The notes below the pieces were generated by a model, which did no database searches, was not told where the DNA came from, and saw only the letters and a list, made by a program, of their open reading frames with translations. Positions 1 to 8,905 of a DNA stretch of 61,593 nt are shown piece by piece (the stretch's first letter is position 1; each line of letters begins with the position of its first letter). Both the position numbers and the translations under genes were made by a program. Origin of the DNA: Acetofilamentum sp. (GTDB lineage Bacteria; CAIWAD01); NCBI GenBank assembly GCA_020726405.1, contig DYSB01000002.1, positions 1 to 61,593 on the forward strand. The letters are read 5' to 3'.

Positions 1-1
1 C

Positions 2-1039
2 GCCCTATATCTGGGCCTGGAGTCCGAAACGGACCGCGGCTGCCTTTCACAACCCGAGTTATGCCTGGCCAGCCACCTCTCCCGTCTGGTGATCCTGGAC
101 GAGGTGCATCGGACGCCCGGCTTGTTTCCCGTGCTGCGCGGGCTCATCGATCGATCCCGGCGGGAGGGTCGCACGGCGGGCCGGTACCTGTTGCTGGGGT
201 CGGCGTCCTTGGATGTGGTCGCCAGCGCCGGCGAGTCCCTGGCCGGCCGCATTTCTTTCCTCGAGCTGGGGCCACTCTCAGCGCTGGAATCTCCCCTGGA
301 TACGGAGGAGCGGCTCTGGATCCGCGGCGGCTTTCCTCCCAGTCTCCTGGCGGGCAGCGACGCCGCCAGCCTGCGCTGGAGGCAGGACTTCTTGCGCAGC
401 TACCTGGAGCACGAGATTCCGCGGTTCGGCAGCCGCCTGCCAGCTGAAACGTTGCGGCGCTTGTGGACCATGCTCGCCCATCAGCAGGGCGGGCTGCACA
501 ACGTGGCGACCCTGGCAAGCAGCCTGGGTCTGGATGTGCGAACCGTCAACTCATGCGTGGATTTGCTGGTGGACCTGCTCCTACTGCGCCGCCTGCCATC
601 CTGGCACGCCAACACGGGCAAGCGCCTGGTCAAGTCACCCAAGCTCTTCTTGCGAGATAGCGGATGGGTCCACGCTCTCCTGGGCCTGGGGGATCGCCAT
701 GCCGTGCTGGGCCACCCCGTGGCCGGGTCTTCCTGGGAGGGATTCGTGGTGGAAAACCTGCTGGCTGCAACGCCGGAAGGAGTACATGCCTATCACTATC
801 GCACGGGCGGCGGTGCGGAACTGGATCTCCTGCTGGTCTGGCCAGATGGCCGCCGCTGGGCCGTGGAGGTCAAGCGCAGTCTCGCTCCCCGCCCTTCCCG
901 CGGCTTCCACTCCTGTTGTGCGGATCTGCAGCCAGAGGGACGCTTCCTAGTCCACCCCGGCCCGGAGGCCTTTCCCCTGGGAGGGGGCATCGAGGCCCTC
1001 CCCCTGCCGGATCTCATGCGGCGACTTGCCGCCAAGTAG
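2..1039 (+). CDS. AAA+ ATPase with DUF4143-type C-terminal domain; the 5' end lies outside the window
   Basis: The frame of ORF 89..1039 stays open to the window edge. It has a Walker B-like LVILDEVH, then RTPGLFPVLRGLID...LLLGSAS and a C-terminal HYRTGGGAELDLLL...EVKRS pattern typical of this ATPase family. Confidence 0.75.
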   Translation, partial: ALYLGLESETDRGCLSQPELCLASHLSRLVILDEVHRTPGLFPVLRGLIDRSRREGRTAGRYLLLGSASLDVVASAGESLAGRISFLELGPLSALESPLDTEERLWIRGGFPPSLLAGSDAASLRWRQDFLRSYLEHEIPRFGSRLPAETLRRLWTMLAHQQGGLHNVATLASSLGLDVRTVNSCVDLLVDLLLLRRLPSWHANTGKRLVKSPKLFLRDSGWVHALLGLGDRHAVLGHPVAGSSWEGFVVENLLAATPEGVHAYHYRTGGGAELDLLLVWPDGRRWAVEVKRSLAPRPSRGFHSCCADLQPEGRFLVHPGPEAFPLGGGIEALPLPDLMRRLAAK

Positions 1040-1118
1040 CCGAGTACCCGTCCACCTGCGTCTCCCTGCCTCTGCGCCTCCGAGTTGAAAGGCCCACAGC
1101 TCCAAACCAGGCTCCTCA

Positions 1119-1227
1119 ACACAGATACACAGAGCCACGGAGACACAGAACAGATAAAGAGCTGGAACAAATGCCAGCCACACTCTTCCCTTCTCTATTC
1201 TTCTCTGTGACTCTGTGTTGTGTCTCC
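1119..1227. repeat. Lower-GC imperfect inverted repeat built from ACACAGA/TCTGTGT heptamers
   Basis: ACACAGA occurs at 1119, 1127 and 1143 (plus ACAGA at 1150), with TCTGTG(T) copies at 1204 and 1212. A perfect 9-bp pair GGAGACACA (1139-1147) / TGTGTCTCC (1219-1227) is present. The region lies between convergent gene ends. Confidence 0.6.
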
Positions 1228-1248
1228 CATCGAGTCTCCCGCAGCCGC

Positions 1249-2466
1249 CTACTCGTAGCGCAGCGCTTCGATGGGATCCAGCGCCGCGGCCTTGCGCGCC
1301 GGGTAGAAGCCGAAGAAGATGCCCACCGCCGCGGAGAAGCCCAGGCTGATGGCCACCAGCTGGGGCGTGATCACCGTGTCCCAGCCCGTGAACTTCTCCA
1401 GCAGCGCCGATCCGCCGTAGCCCGCGGCCACGCCGATCAACCCGCCGAACAGGCTCATCACGATAGCCTCGATCAGGAACTGCATCAGCACGTCGCCGCC
1501 CCGCGCGCCCACAGCCATCCGGATGCCGATCTCCCGCGTGCGCTCCGTGACGCTCACCAGCATGATGTTCATGATGCCGATGCCGCCCACCAAGAGCGAG
1601 ACGCCCGCGATGGCGGCCAGCAGCAGGGTCATCACTTCCGTGGCGCCCTCGGCGGTCTCCGCCAGTTCGTTCTGGTCGCGCACGGTGAAATCGTCGTCGT
1701 CGTAACTGGCCAGGCCGTGGGTCTCGCGCAGGATGGCCTTGGCCTCCGTCAGCGCGGCGGGCACGTCGGCCTTGTTGTCCGTGGCGCCCAGGATCATCGG
1801 GATGAACTGCCGGCCCGCCAGGCGCGTCTTCACTGTGGTGTAGGGCGCCAGGATGGTGTCGTCCTGGTCGCGGCCCTCCGCCGTCTGGCCCTTGGGCTCC
1901 AGCACGCCGATGATCTCGAAGGGCACGTCGCGCAGGATGATCTGTTGGCCCACGGGATCCTGCTCGGCGAACAGGTTGTCCACGACGGTCTTGCCCAGCA
2001 CGCAAACCTTGCGCATGGCCCGCACTTCCGTCTCGTCGAAGAGCCGGCCCGCACTCACCTCCCAGTTGCGGATGGTCGCGTACTCGGCCGAAACGCCGGA
2101 GACGCCCACCCGCCAATTGCCCGAACCGCCCACCGCGTGGGCCGGCGCGACGATCAGCGGCGAGACGGAACTCAGCCACATGCTCTCGCGCGTCAGCGTC
2201 TCGGCGTCCAGCAGGGTCAGGCGATTCATGCTGCCCGCGCCCTGGCTGACGCCGCCGCTCTTGCTGGCGCCCGGCGTGATCACCACCAGGTTGGAGCCCA
2301 GGCTGTCGATGCGCGAGCGGATCTGTTCTTTCGCGCCCTGCCCCAACGCCACCATCACGATCACGGCGGCCACGCCAATGATGATTCCCAGCATGGTCAG
2401 CAGCGTGCGCGTCTTGTTCTTGCGGATGCTCCGCAGGGCGATGCGGATCAGCACCAGGGTGTTCAT
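1249..2466 (-). CDS. ABC transporter permease, MacB/FtsX-like
   Basis: 405 aa. N-terminal RSIRKNKTRTLLTMLGIIIGVAAVI helix, a large periplasmic domain, and a C-terminal FtsX-type helix bundle (TERTREIGIRMAVGA). Its start overlaps the stop of the upstream ATPase gene by 4 nt. Confidence 0.9.
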   Translation of the reverse strand: MNTLVLIRIALRSIRKNKTRTLLTMLGIIIGVAAVIVMVALGQGAKEQIRSRIDSLGSNLVVITPGASKSGGVSQGAGSMNRLTLLDAETLTRESMWLSSVSPLIVAPAHAVGGSGNWRVGVSGVSAEYATIRNWEVSAGRLFDETEVRAMRKVCVLGKTVVDNLFAEQDPVGQQIILRDVPFEIIGVLEPKGQTAEGRDQDDTILAPYTTVKTRLAGRQFIPMILGATDNKADVPAALTEAKAILRETHGLASYDDDDFTVRDQNELAETAEGATEVMTLLLAAIAGVSLLVGGIGIMNIMLVSVTERTREIGIRMAVGARGGDVLMQFLIEAIVMSLFGGLIGVAAGYGGSALLEKFTGWDTVITPQLVAISLGFSAAVGIFFGFYPARKAAALDPIEALRYE

Positions 2467-3215
2467 TCATCCGCTCCCGCGGGCAGGTCCCGCAGTTCCG
2501 CCACGGCGTCGCGGCGCGCTTCCACCGGCTGGTCGCGCAGGATCTTGCCGTCGCGCAGCTCCACCAGACGCCCGGCGCACTCGGCGATGTCGTGCTCGTG
2601 TGTCACCAAGAGGATGGTCATGCCCGCCTGGTTGAGTTCCTGGAACAGCGCCATCACCTCCAGGCTGGTGCGCGTGTCGAGGTTGCCCGTGGGTTCGTCG
2701 GCCAACAGCAGGGCCGGCTGCATCACCAGCGCCCGGGCGATGGCCACTCGCTGCTGCTGTCCGCCGGAGAGTTCGCTGGGCTGATGATGCAGGCGATCCG
2801 CCAGGCCCACGCGCTCCAGCGCCGCCCGGGCCAGTTTGACGCGGTCCACCTTGGGACCGCGCCGGTCGTAGAGCAGAGGCAGCTCCACGTTGTCCAGCGC
2901 GCTCGTGCGGGCCAGCAAGTTGAAGCCCTGGAAGACAAACCCGATCCGCGTGTTGCGAATGTCCGCCAACTCGCGGCGGTTCATCTCGTCCACGCGCAGC
3001 CCGTCCAGCCGGTAGCGGCCACTGCTCGGACGGTCCAGGCAGCCCAGCAGGTTCATCAGCGTGGACTTGCCGGAGCCCGAGGCGCCCATGATGGCCAGCA
3101 TTTCGCCCGGGTTCACGCTCAGGTCCACGTGGCGCAGGGCATGCACGGCCGTGTCGCCCTCGGAGTAGGTGCGTGTCAGCTCCTCGATCCGGATGACCGC
3201 TTGGGAATCCGCCAT
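2463..3215 (-). CDS. ABC transporter ATP-binding protein (MacB/LolD-type)
   Basis: Walker A GASGSGKST, ABC signature LSGGQQQRVAIARAL and Walker B LLLADEPTGNLD. Confidence 0.95.
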   Translation of the reverse strand: MADSQAVIRIEELTRTYSEGDTAVHALRHVDLSVNPGEMLAIMGASGSGKSTLMNLLGCLDRPSSGRYRLDGLRVDEMNRRELADIRNTRIGFVFQGFNLLARTSALDNVELPLLYDRRGPKVDRVKLARAALERVGLADRLHHQPSELSGGQQQRVAIARALVMQPALLLADEPTGNLDTRTSLEVMALFQELNQAGMTILLVTHEHDIAECAGRLVELRDGKILRDQPVEARRDAVAELRDLPAGADE

Positions 3216-3217
3216 CG

Positions 3218-4549
3218 CTACATGCCTCCCCGCGGCGGGCCGGGCGTGCCACTGGATTGGGTGGTCTGGAAGGGACTCTTCGCGGCGGCGGATCCCGCCT
3301 CGCCGCTGGTCTGGCCGGCGATCACCTGCAGGCCTTCCGACAGGCCCTCGCCGCGCACCTCCGTCTGCTGTCCGTCGCTGAGACCGGTGGTGATGCGCAG
3401 GGGCCGTGGCTTCTGGTTCTCGCCCAGCACCCAGAGCACGGCGGCGCCCGGTTTGCGCGTGGTGGTGGAGCGCGAGCCGGCGATGCTCGCCGCCCCGTGC
3501 GGATCTCCGCCCGCGGCCGAAACGCTGCGCGGTCGGCTCACGCTGCCGGTGTCCTGCTGCGCCGTGGCGGCGGAATCTCCGCCTTTCTCCGGGTTGGCCT
3601 TCTGGCGAGCGGCCCGCAGCTCGGCCAGCAGCTCCTCGCTGGGCTTGAAGCGCAGCGCGGCATTGGGCACGGCCAGCACTTGGCTGGCCTGGTCCACGAT
3701 GAAGTCCACCGTGGCCGTCATGCCCGGCATGAGCTGCAGATCGGCGTTTTCCACGTCCACCACCACCGTGTAGTTGACCACGTTCTCCGTGGAGGTGGGC
3801 TGCAGGCGGATCTGGCTGACCTGGCCCCTGAACTTCTTGTCCGCCCAGGCCTGCACAGTGAACTCGGCGGGCTGCGTCAGCTTGATGCGGCCGATGTCGC
3901 TCTCGTCCACCGAGGTCAGGATTTGCATGCGCGTCAGGTCCTCGGCAATCAGGAAGAGCTGAGGCGCGGAGAGGCTGGCGGCCACGGTCTGGCCCACATC
4001 CACCTTGCGGTCGATGATGATGCCCGAGACGGGCGCTGTGATCTTGGTGTACTCCAGGTTGCGCCGGGCCCTGTCCAGGCCGGCGCCCGCGCTGCTCAGC
4101 GCCGCTTTGGCCTGGGAGAGCGCCAGCCGGGCGGAGCGCAGATCCGTGTCCGAGAGGCTTCCGCTCTTGGCCAGGGACTCGGACTGCTCCAGCAGGTACT
4201 TCTTGTAGTCCAGGTCGGAAGTCGCCCGCTGCAGTTCCGCCTCGGCCTGGACGGCCGCCTGCTGCAGCATGGTGTCGTCCAGCCGCGCGATGAGTTGGCC
4301 CTTCTTCACATGGTCGTTGAAGTCCGCCAGCAGTTCGACGATCTGGCCGGAGACCTGGGTGCCCACTTCCACGGTGCGCGTTGCCCCCAGGGTGCCGGTG
4401 GCACCCACGGTGGCGGTGATGTCCGCTTTGACCACTTCCACCATCCGCCAGCCGGACTCCTCCTGCTTCTTTCTCGATCCCAGCCAGAAGAACAATCCGG
4501 CCGCGACAACGGCCAGGGCCACCAGGCCAATCAGCAGGCGCTTGAGCAT
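3218..4549 (-). CDS. Efflux periplasmic adaptor subunit (HlyD/MacA family)
   Basis: 443 aa. N-terminal membrane anchor, coiled-coil hairpin region and beta-barrel motifs (ITAPVSGIIIDRKVDVGQTV). First gene of the adaptor-ATPase-permease operon. Confidence 0.9.
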   Translation of the reverse strand: MLKRLLIGLVALAVVAAGLFFWLGSRKKQEESGWRMVEVVKADITATVGATGTLGATRTVEVGTQVSGQIVELLADFNDHVKKGQLIARLDDTMLQQAAVQAEAELQRATSDLDYKKYLLEQSESLAKSGSLSDTDLRSARLALSQAKAALSSAGAGLDRARRNLEYTKITAPVSGIIIDRKVDVGQTVAASLSAPQLFLIAEDLTRMQILTSVDESDIGRIKLTQPAEFTVQAWADKKFRGQVSQIRLQPTSTENVVNYTVVVDVENADLQLMPGMTATVDFIVDQASQVLAVPNAALRFKPSEELLAELRAARQKANPEKGGDSAATAQQDTGSVSRPRSVSAAGGDPHGAASIAGSRSTTTRKPGAAVLWVLGENQKPRPLRITTGLSDGQQTEVRGEGLSEGLQVIAGQTSGEAGSAAAKSPFQTTQSSGTPGPPRGGM

Positions 4550-4675
4550 TCGAGGATCCTTTGCTTTCGACTCGGATGACAGGCCTCAGACGCGATTGGT
4601 CCCACGTGCATTCCGGCCAGGAGAAGGTGAGGTCCGCCAGGGGCTTGCTGGCACGTGCAGTGGTGTCGGATAGCA

Positions 4676-4702
4676 GAAGGTCAGGTTCATCACCTGACCT
4701 TC
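4676..4702 (-). terminator. Hairpin after the NifX-like gene; same stem sequence as 48259..48283
   Basis: 11-bp stem GAAGGTCAGGT/ACCTGACCTTC starting 5 nt after the stop at 4707. The U-tract is weak. Confidence 0.5.
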
Positions 4703-4706
4703 CGTG

Positions 4707-5111
4707 CTAATGACAGGACCCGCCTTCATGTTGGTGATGGTCGTCGTGCCCATGGTGGCCGAACTGGCCGTGCTCCTGATCCTCAGAGCGCAGGCGCGGC
4801 AGGCTGCCGTCCAGCCAGGCCGCCACGGCCAGATCACAGTCCGGCTCGCTGGTGATCACCGCCTCGATGCCCCGCTCTTCCAGTTTGCGCACCAGCCCAG
4901 GGCCCATGCTGGCCGCAATGAGCGCCTGGCAGGCGCCCAACGGGTGGTCGCCGGATCCATGCAATTCGTGAAAGGTCTCGGTCTCGGACAGGCGCAGCTC
5001 CTGGCGTCCCATCACCTGCCCATTCTCCAGTTCATACAAGAAGAAGCGGCGACAGCGGCCGGCGTGTCCTCCCACTTCCTCTCCCTTGTGCGATGCCACG
5101 GCGATCTTCAT
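4707..5111 (-). CDS. NifB/NifX-family (dinitrogenase FeMo-cofactor biosynthesis domain) protein with a His-rich C-terminal tail
   Basis: The canonical family start MKIAVAS..GEEVGGHAGRCRRFFLYELENG is at the internal ATG 5111. The C-terminal tail is HGQFGHHGHDDHHQHEGGSCH. Confidence 0.7.
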   Translation of the reverse strand: MKIAVASHKGEEVGGHAGRCRRFFLYELENGQVMGRQELRLSETETFHELHGSGDHPLGACQALIAASMGPGLVRKLEERGIEAVITSEPDCDLAVAAWLDGSLPRLRSEDQEHGQFGHHGHDDHHQHEGGSCH

Positions 5112-5796
5112 GACTCCTCCAAACATTGATGGATGAAGACCCGCCACCTCCCACGTCCACCTGGCTGGACATTTCGTGTGCGAAGGTCAGGGTCCTGGCG
5201 AGTTCCGGTTCCGGGCTGCGTTCGCCGACGCTGGTCGATGGATGCTCGATGAGGTAGTACAACATGTTGCCCGCATCGACGACATTCCACTGGCCGGCCA
5301 CACCCAATGGCCAATCCGTGATCGCCAGGCCTAGCCCGTCCTGATTGGACCAATTGTCCGGCTCGTTGCCCCAGTTGTTGTAGAGGCCGCCCACCGGCTC
5401 GCCAGAGGCTGTCCCCTCCCAGAATTGGACCCCGTCGCCATCACCGTCGCCGTCCCAGATCCAATCCCCCTCAATAGCCAAATCGTTCCCACCGATCCAG
5501 ACATAGGAAGCATCCCCGCCATCGGGAGCCACCGTGTTCTCCGCCAGAATGCCCGCCTGGTTCAGTTGCGCGAACAATCCGTCCTGCTCCGCCTGGGAGC
5601 CGATCTCTGCCAGATGGCCGCCGAGCTCCACGGCGCAGGCGGCCGCTTCGCTCCAGCTGAGATTCTCCTTCACAATTTCGTAGTCCACTCCCAGGAGGTT
5701 GAGGGAGACCATGTTCTCGCTCGATGCGCAGTCCTGTGCGTGTGCGGCCCAGGCAGCCGCCAGCAGGATGGTGGAGCACCAGAAGGTGCGCCTCAT
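5032..5796 (-). CDS. Secreted C-type lectin domain protein
   Basis: Signal peptide MRRTFWCSTILLAAAWAAHA. CTLD motifs LSWSEAAACAVELGGHLAEI, WIGGND, W.WDGDG and NNWGNEPDN. Strong SD AAGGAGG upstream of ATG 5796. The last 80 nt overlap the next gene. Confidence 0.8.
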   Translation of the reverse strand: MRRTFWCSTILLAAAWAAHAQDCASSENMVSLNLLGVDYEIVKENLSWSEAAACAVELGGHLAEIGSQAEQDGLFAQLNQAGILAENTVAPDGGDASYVWIGGNDLAIEGDWIWDGDGDGDGVQFWEGTASGEPVGGLYNNWGNEPDNWSNQDGLGLAITDWPLGVAGQWNVVDAGNMLYYLIEHPSTSVGERSPEPELARTLTFAHEMSSQVDVGGGGSSSINVWRSHEDRRGIAQGRGSGRTRRPLSPLLLV

Positions 5797-5844
5797 GTTG
5801 CCTCCTTGAAAAGGGCCAACGCACTCGGACCAAGTGGTCCAGGC

Positions 5845-7494
5845 TCAATAGTTGTTGAGGTTCGGGCCGGCGGCCACCACCTCCGGCGGGCACTCGTCGG
5901 CGAACTTGCGGAAGTTTTCCACGAACAGGCCACCCAGCTGCCGGTACTTCAGCTTGTAGGCGCCCTTGTCCGGCCAGCGCTCCTCGGGCACCAGCACGTC
6001 GGCGGGCACGTTGGGACAGGTCAGCGGAACCTCGAACCCGAAGAGCGGATCCACGCGGTACTTCACCTTCATCAGCTCGCCGTCCAGCGCCGCGTCCAGC
6101 AGGTTGCGCGTGTGACGGATGCTGATGCGCTTGCCCACGCCGTAGGGTCCGCCCACCCAACCCGTGTTCACCAGCCAGCACTGCACGCCGTGGCGCAGGA
6201 TCTTGCGCTTGAGCAGCTCGGCGTAGTACGCGGGCTTGTGCACCATGAAGGGCGCGCCGAAGCAGGCGCTGAAGGTGATCTCCGGCTCCTTGCCCATGTC
6301 CAGCTCCGTGCCCGAGACCTTGGCCGTGTAACCGCTGATGAAGTGGTACATGGCCTGCTCGGGTGTCAGCCGCGCGATGGGGGGCATCACGCCGCTGGCG
6401 TCGCAGGTGAGCATGATGATGTTGGTGGGGTGGCCGGCCATCTTCTCCGGCACCGCGTTGTCGATGAAGGAGAGCGGATAGCTGGCCCGCGTGTTCTCCG
6501 TGCGGCTGTCGTCGTCCAGGTCCAGGCGCCGGGTGATGGGGTCGTGGATCACGTTCTCGAGGATGGTGCCGAACTTCTTCGTGCAGGCGTGGATCTCAGG
6601 CTCCGCCTCCGCCGAGAGGTTGATCACCTTGGCGTAGCAGCCGTTCTCGAAGTTGAAGACGCCCTCATCGCTCCAGCCGTGCTCGTCGTCGCCGATGAGC
6701 CGGCGGCGCGGATCCGCGGACAGGGTCGTCTTGCCCGTGCCCGAGAGGCCGAAGAAGATCGCCACGTCGCCCTGCTTGCCCACGTTGGCCGAGCAGTGCA
6801 TGGTCATCACGCCCTGGCGCGGCAGCAGGTAGTTGAGCACGGTGAACACGCTCTTCTTGATCTCGCCGCCGTAGCCCGAGCCGCCGATGATGGCCAGCTT
6901 GTGTTCGAACGAGAGCAGGATGAACGTGTCGCTGCGCGTGCCGTCCAGCTCGGGCACGGCCTTGAAGCTGGGGATGCTGACGATGGTGAAGTCCGGCACG
7001 TGGCGACGGTACTCGTCCGCGCCGGCCAGGGGGATGAACATGTTGCGCGCGAACAGGCTGTGCCAGGCAAGCTCCGTGATGATGCGCACGGGCAGGCGGT
7101 AGCGCGGATCGGCGCCGCCCCAGCAGTCCTGCACGAACAGGTCGCGCTCCTGCACGAAGGCCTGCAGGCGGTTGAGCACCTCGGCGAACTTCACGTTGCC
7201 GAAGGGCCGGTTGTACTGGCCCCACCAGACCTCGTCCTGCACGGAGTCTTCCATCACCACGAATTTGTCGTTGGCGGCGCGGGCCGTGTGCTTGCCTGTG
7301 TTGACGACAATGGGGCCCTGGTTGCTGATCTGCCCCTCGCGACGGAAGAGAATTTCTTCGTAGAGCGCGGGTTCGCTCAGGTTCCAGTAGACGTTGCCGA
7401 AATTCGAGAAGCCGTGGTTGACCAGACCGTAATCGCTCTTCAGTTCCTTGGCGATGCCGGCGGCCGGGCTCTTGATGTTGAGATAGTTGAGCAT
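5845..7494 (-). CDS. pckA: Phosphoenolpyruvate carboxykinase (ATP)
   Basis: 549 aa. Kinase-1a motif FFGLSGTGKTTLS, the IGDDEHGW motif and the overall PckA N-terminus (NTGKHTARAANDKFVV). Confidence 0.95.
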   Translation of the reverse strand: MLNYLNIKSPAAGIAKELKSDYGLVNHGFSNFGNVYWNLSEPALYEEILFRREGQISNQGPIVVNTGKHTARAANDKFVVMEDSVQDEVWWGQYNRPFGNVKFAEVLNRLQAFVQERDLFVQDCWGGADPRYRLPVRIITELAWHSLFARNMFIPLAGADEYRRHVPDFTIVSIPSFKAVPELDGTRSDTFILLSFEHKLAIIGGSGYGGEIKKSVFTVLNYLLPRQGVMTMHCSANVGKQGDVAIFFGLSGTGKTTLSADPRRRLIGDDEHGWSDEGVFNFENGCYAKVINLSAEAEPEIHACTKKFGTILENVIHDPITRRLDLDDDSRTENTRASYPLSFIDNAVPEKMAGHPTNIIMLTCDASGVMPPIARLTPEQAMYHFISGYTAKVSGTELDMGKEPEITFSACFGAPFMVHKPAYYAELLKRKILRHGVQCWLVNTGWVGGPYGVGKRISIRHTRNLLDAALDGELMKVKYRVDPLFGFEVPLTCPNVPADVLVPEERWPDKGAYKLKYRQLGGLFVENFRKFADECPPEVVAAGPNLNNY

Positions 7495-7518
7495 GGGTGG
7501 TTCCTCTTTGCCGGCCGC

Positions 7519-8733
7519 TTACCAGTTGCGGACCATCTTGCGGTCGCCGATGAAGATCTCGTTGGGCGATTCCGGATCCAGCGCCCATTTCATCCGCGCC
7601 ACGCCCTCCATGATCTGCTTCACTGTGCCACAGGTGGACAGGCGCAGGTGCCCTTCCGCGCCGAAGCTCACGCCGGGCACAGTCACCACCATCACCTTTT
7701 CCAGCAGCAGGTTGGCCAGCTTGACGCTGTCCTTCTCGAAAGCGCTGAAATCCGCCAGGCAGTAGAAGGTGCCCTGGGGCTCCCGCAGGAAGACGCCGTT
7801 GAAGGCGTTCAACTCCTTCTTCATCACCAGCGCGTTGTTCTGCAGCGAGAGGCGCAGGTTTTCGATGGAACTCTGCAACCCGTTGAGCGCGCCCACCGCG
7901 CCCGCCTGGGAGAGCGCCGGGGCACAGCTGGCCGTCTGGGCCTGCACGCGCACGATGGCCTCCTGCAGCTTCTTGGGCGCCAGGGTCCAGCCGATGCGGA
8001 AACCCGTCATGCCGTAGAGCTTGCTCACGCCGTTGACCACGATCAGTTTGCCCTCGTCGAAGTCGCACTTCTGGTAGCGCGTGGCCGGGTACCAGCGGGA
8101 GCCGTCGAAGACCAGCTTGTGGTAGATGTCGTCCGTGATCAGGTAGATGCCCTTCTTCTCGCAGAACTCGACGATCTCGCGGGTGAATTCCTCGCTGTAG
8201 ACCGCGCCGCTGGGATTGTTGGGGCTGTTGATGATGATGGCCTTGGTGTAACTGGTCACGTTGGCCTTGATGTCCTCCATCCGCGGATGGAAGCGCCCGT
8301 CCTCGGGCTTGACGATGATCGGTTTGGCGTAGAACAGCTTCACCAGTTCCGGGTAGCTCACCCAGTAGGGCGAGAGGATGAGCACCTCATCCTGCGGGTT
8401 GAGGACGCACGTGAGGATGCCCGCCAGGGACTGCTTGGCCCCGGCGCTCACCACCACGTTTTCCGGCCCCAGCACCTTGCCGTAGTTTTCCTCGGTGTAG
8501 CGCAGGATGGCCTTCTTCAAGGCCGGCGTGCCGTCGGTGGGCGTGTAGCGCACGTCGGCGCTGACCAGTTGGGCGGCCGCCATCCGGATGGCGTCCACGG
8601 GCGTCTTGCTCTGGGGCTCGCCTGAGCCCAGGTGGATCACGGGTTGGCCGGCCTCCTTCAGGAGCCGGGCCTTCTCATTCATGACCAGAGTCGGAGACTC
8701 GGAGATGCTTTGCGCCAGCAGGCTGATACTCAT
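7519..8733 (-). CDS. Class I/II pyridoxal-phosphate aminotransferase (aspartate aminotransferase-like)
   Basis: The internal start MSISLLAQSISESPTLVMNEKA at 8733 fits the family N-terminus. The motifs IIINSPNNPSGAVY and NGVSKLYGMTGFRIGW (PLP lysine) are present. The gene lies 24 nt upstream of pckA on the same strand. Confidence 0.9.
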   Translation of the reverse strand: MSISLLAQSISESPTLVMNEKARLLKEAGQPVIHLGSGEPQSKTPVDAIRMAAAQLVSADVRYTPTDGTPALKKAILRYTEENYGKVLGPENVVVSAGAKQSLAGILTCVLNPQDEVLILSPYWVSYPELVKLFYAKPIIVKPEDGRFHPRMEDIKANVTSYTKAIIINSPNNPSGAVYSEEFTREIVEFCEKKGIYLITDDIYHKLVFDGSRWYPATRYQKCDFDEGKLIVVNGVSKLYGMTGFRIGWTLAPKKLQEAIVRVQAQTASCAPALSQAGAVGALNGLQSSIENLRLSLQNNALVMKKELNAFNGVFLREPQGTFYCLADFSAFEKDSVKLANLLLEKVMVVTVPGVSFGAEGHLRLSTCGTVKQIMEGVARMKWALDPESPNEIFIGDRKMVRNW

Positions 8734-8905
8734 GATGGGTTGTCCCTTTGGGGATGTTAACGGAACGACAGCGCAAGATAGGAAGGAGGCCCCTTCACCC
8801 AAAGCCGCAGCCGGGCTTTCCCTCCACTCTGGCGGGGTGAAATGGAATTCTTGGGCCGCAACATGAACTTCCTTCATTCAGCTAAGAGAGAGTAGGACCC
8901 CCCCC

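Noticed and set aside
664-2784. Very long alternate-frame or antisense ORFs, for example 664-2784, 5425-8625, 10894-14202, 26085-28202, 35149-37287, 43766-46174 and 50379-55520.
   Set aside because: They are Arg/Ala/Gly/Pro/His-rich low-complexity translations lying opposite or out of frame to genes with clear family motifs. This is the typical stop-codon scarcity of GC-rich DNA.
4600-4660. Two CACGTGCA boxes about 47 nt apart upstream of the efflux operon, considered as an operator.
   Set aside because: They are short direct copies in GC-rich DNA, and no adjacent regulator gene is present to support the idea.
4707-5111. NifX-like gene as evidence for a nitrogen-fixation cluster.
   Set aside because: No nifHDK/ENB genes are adjacent. 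Stand-alone members of this family are common outside nif clusters.
5032-5796. C-type lectin as the variable protein of a diversity-generating retroelement.
   Set aside because: There is no reverse transcriptase and no template/variable repeat pair in the window. The domain has the classical CTLD signature rather than the DGR-type fold.
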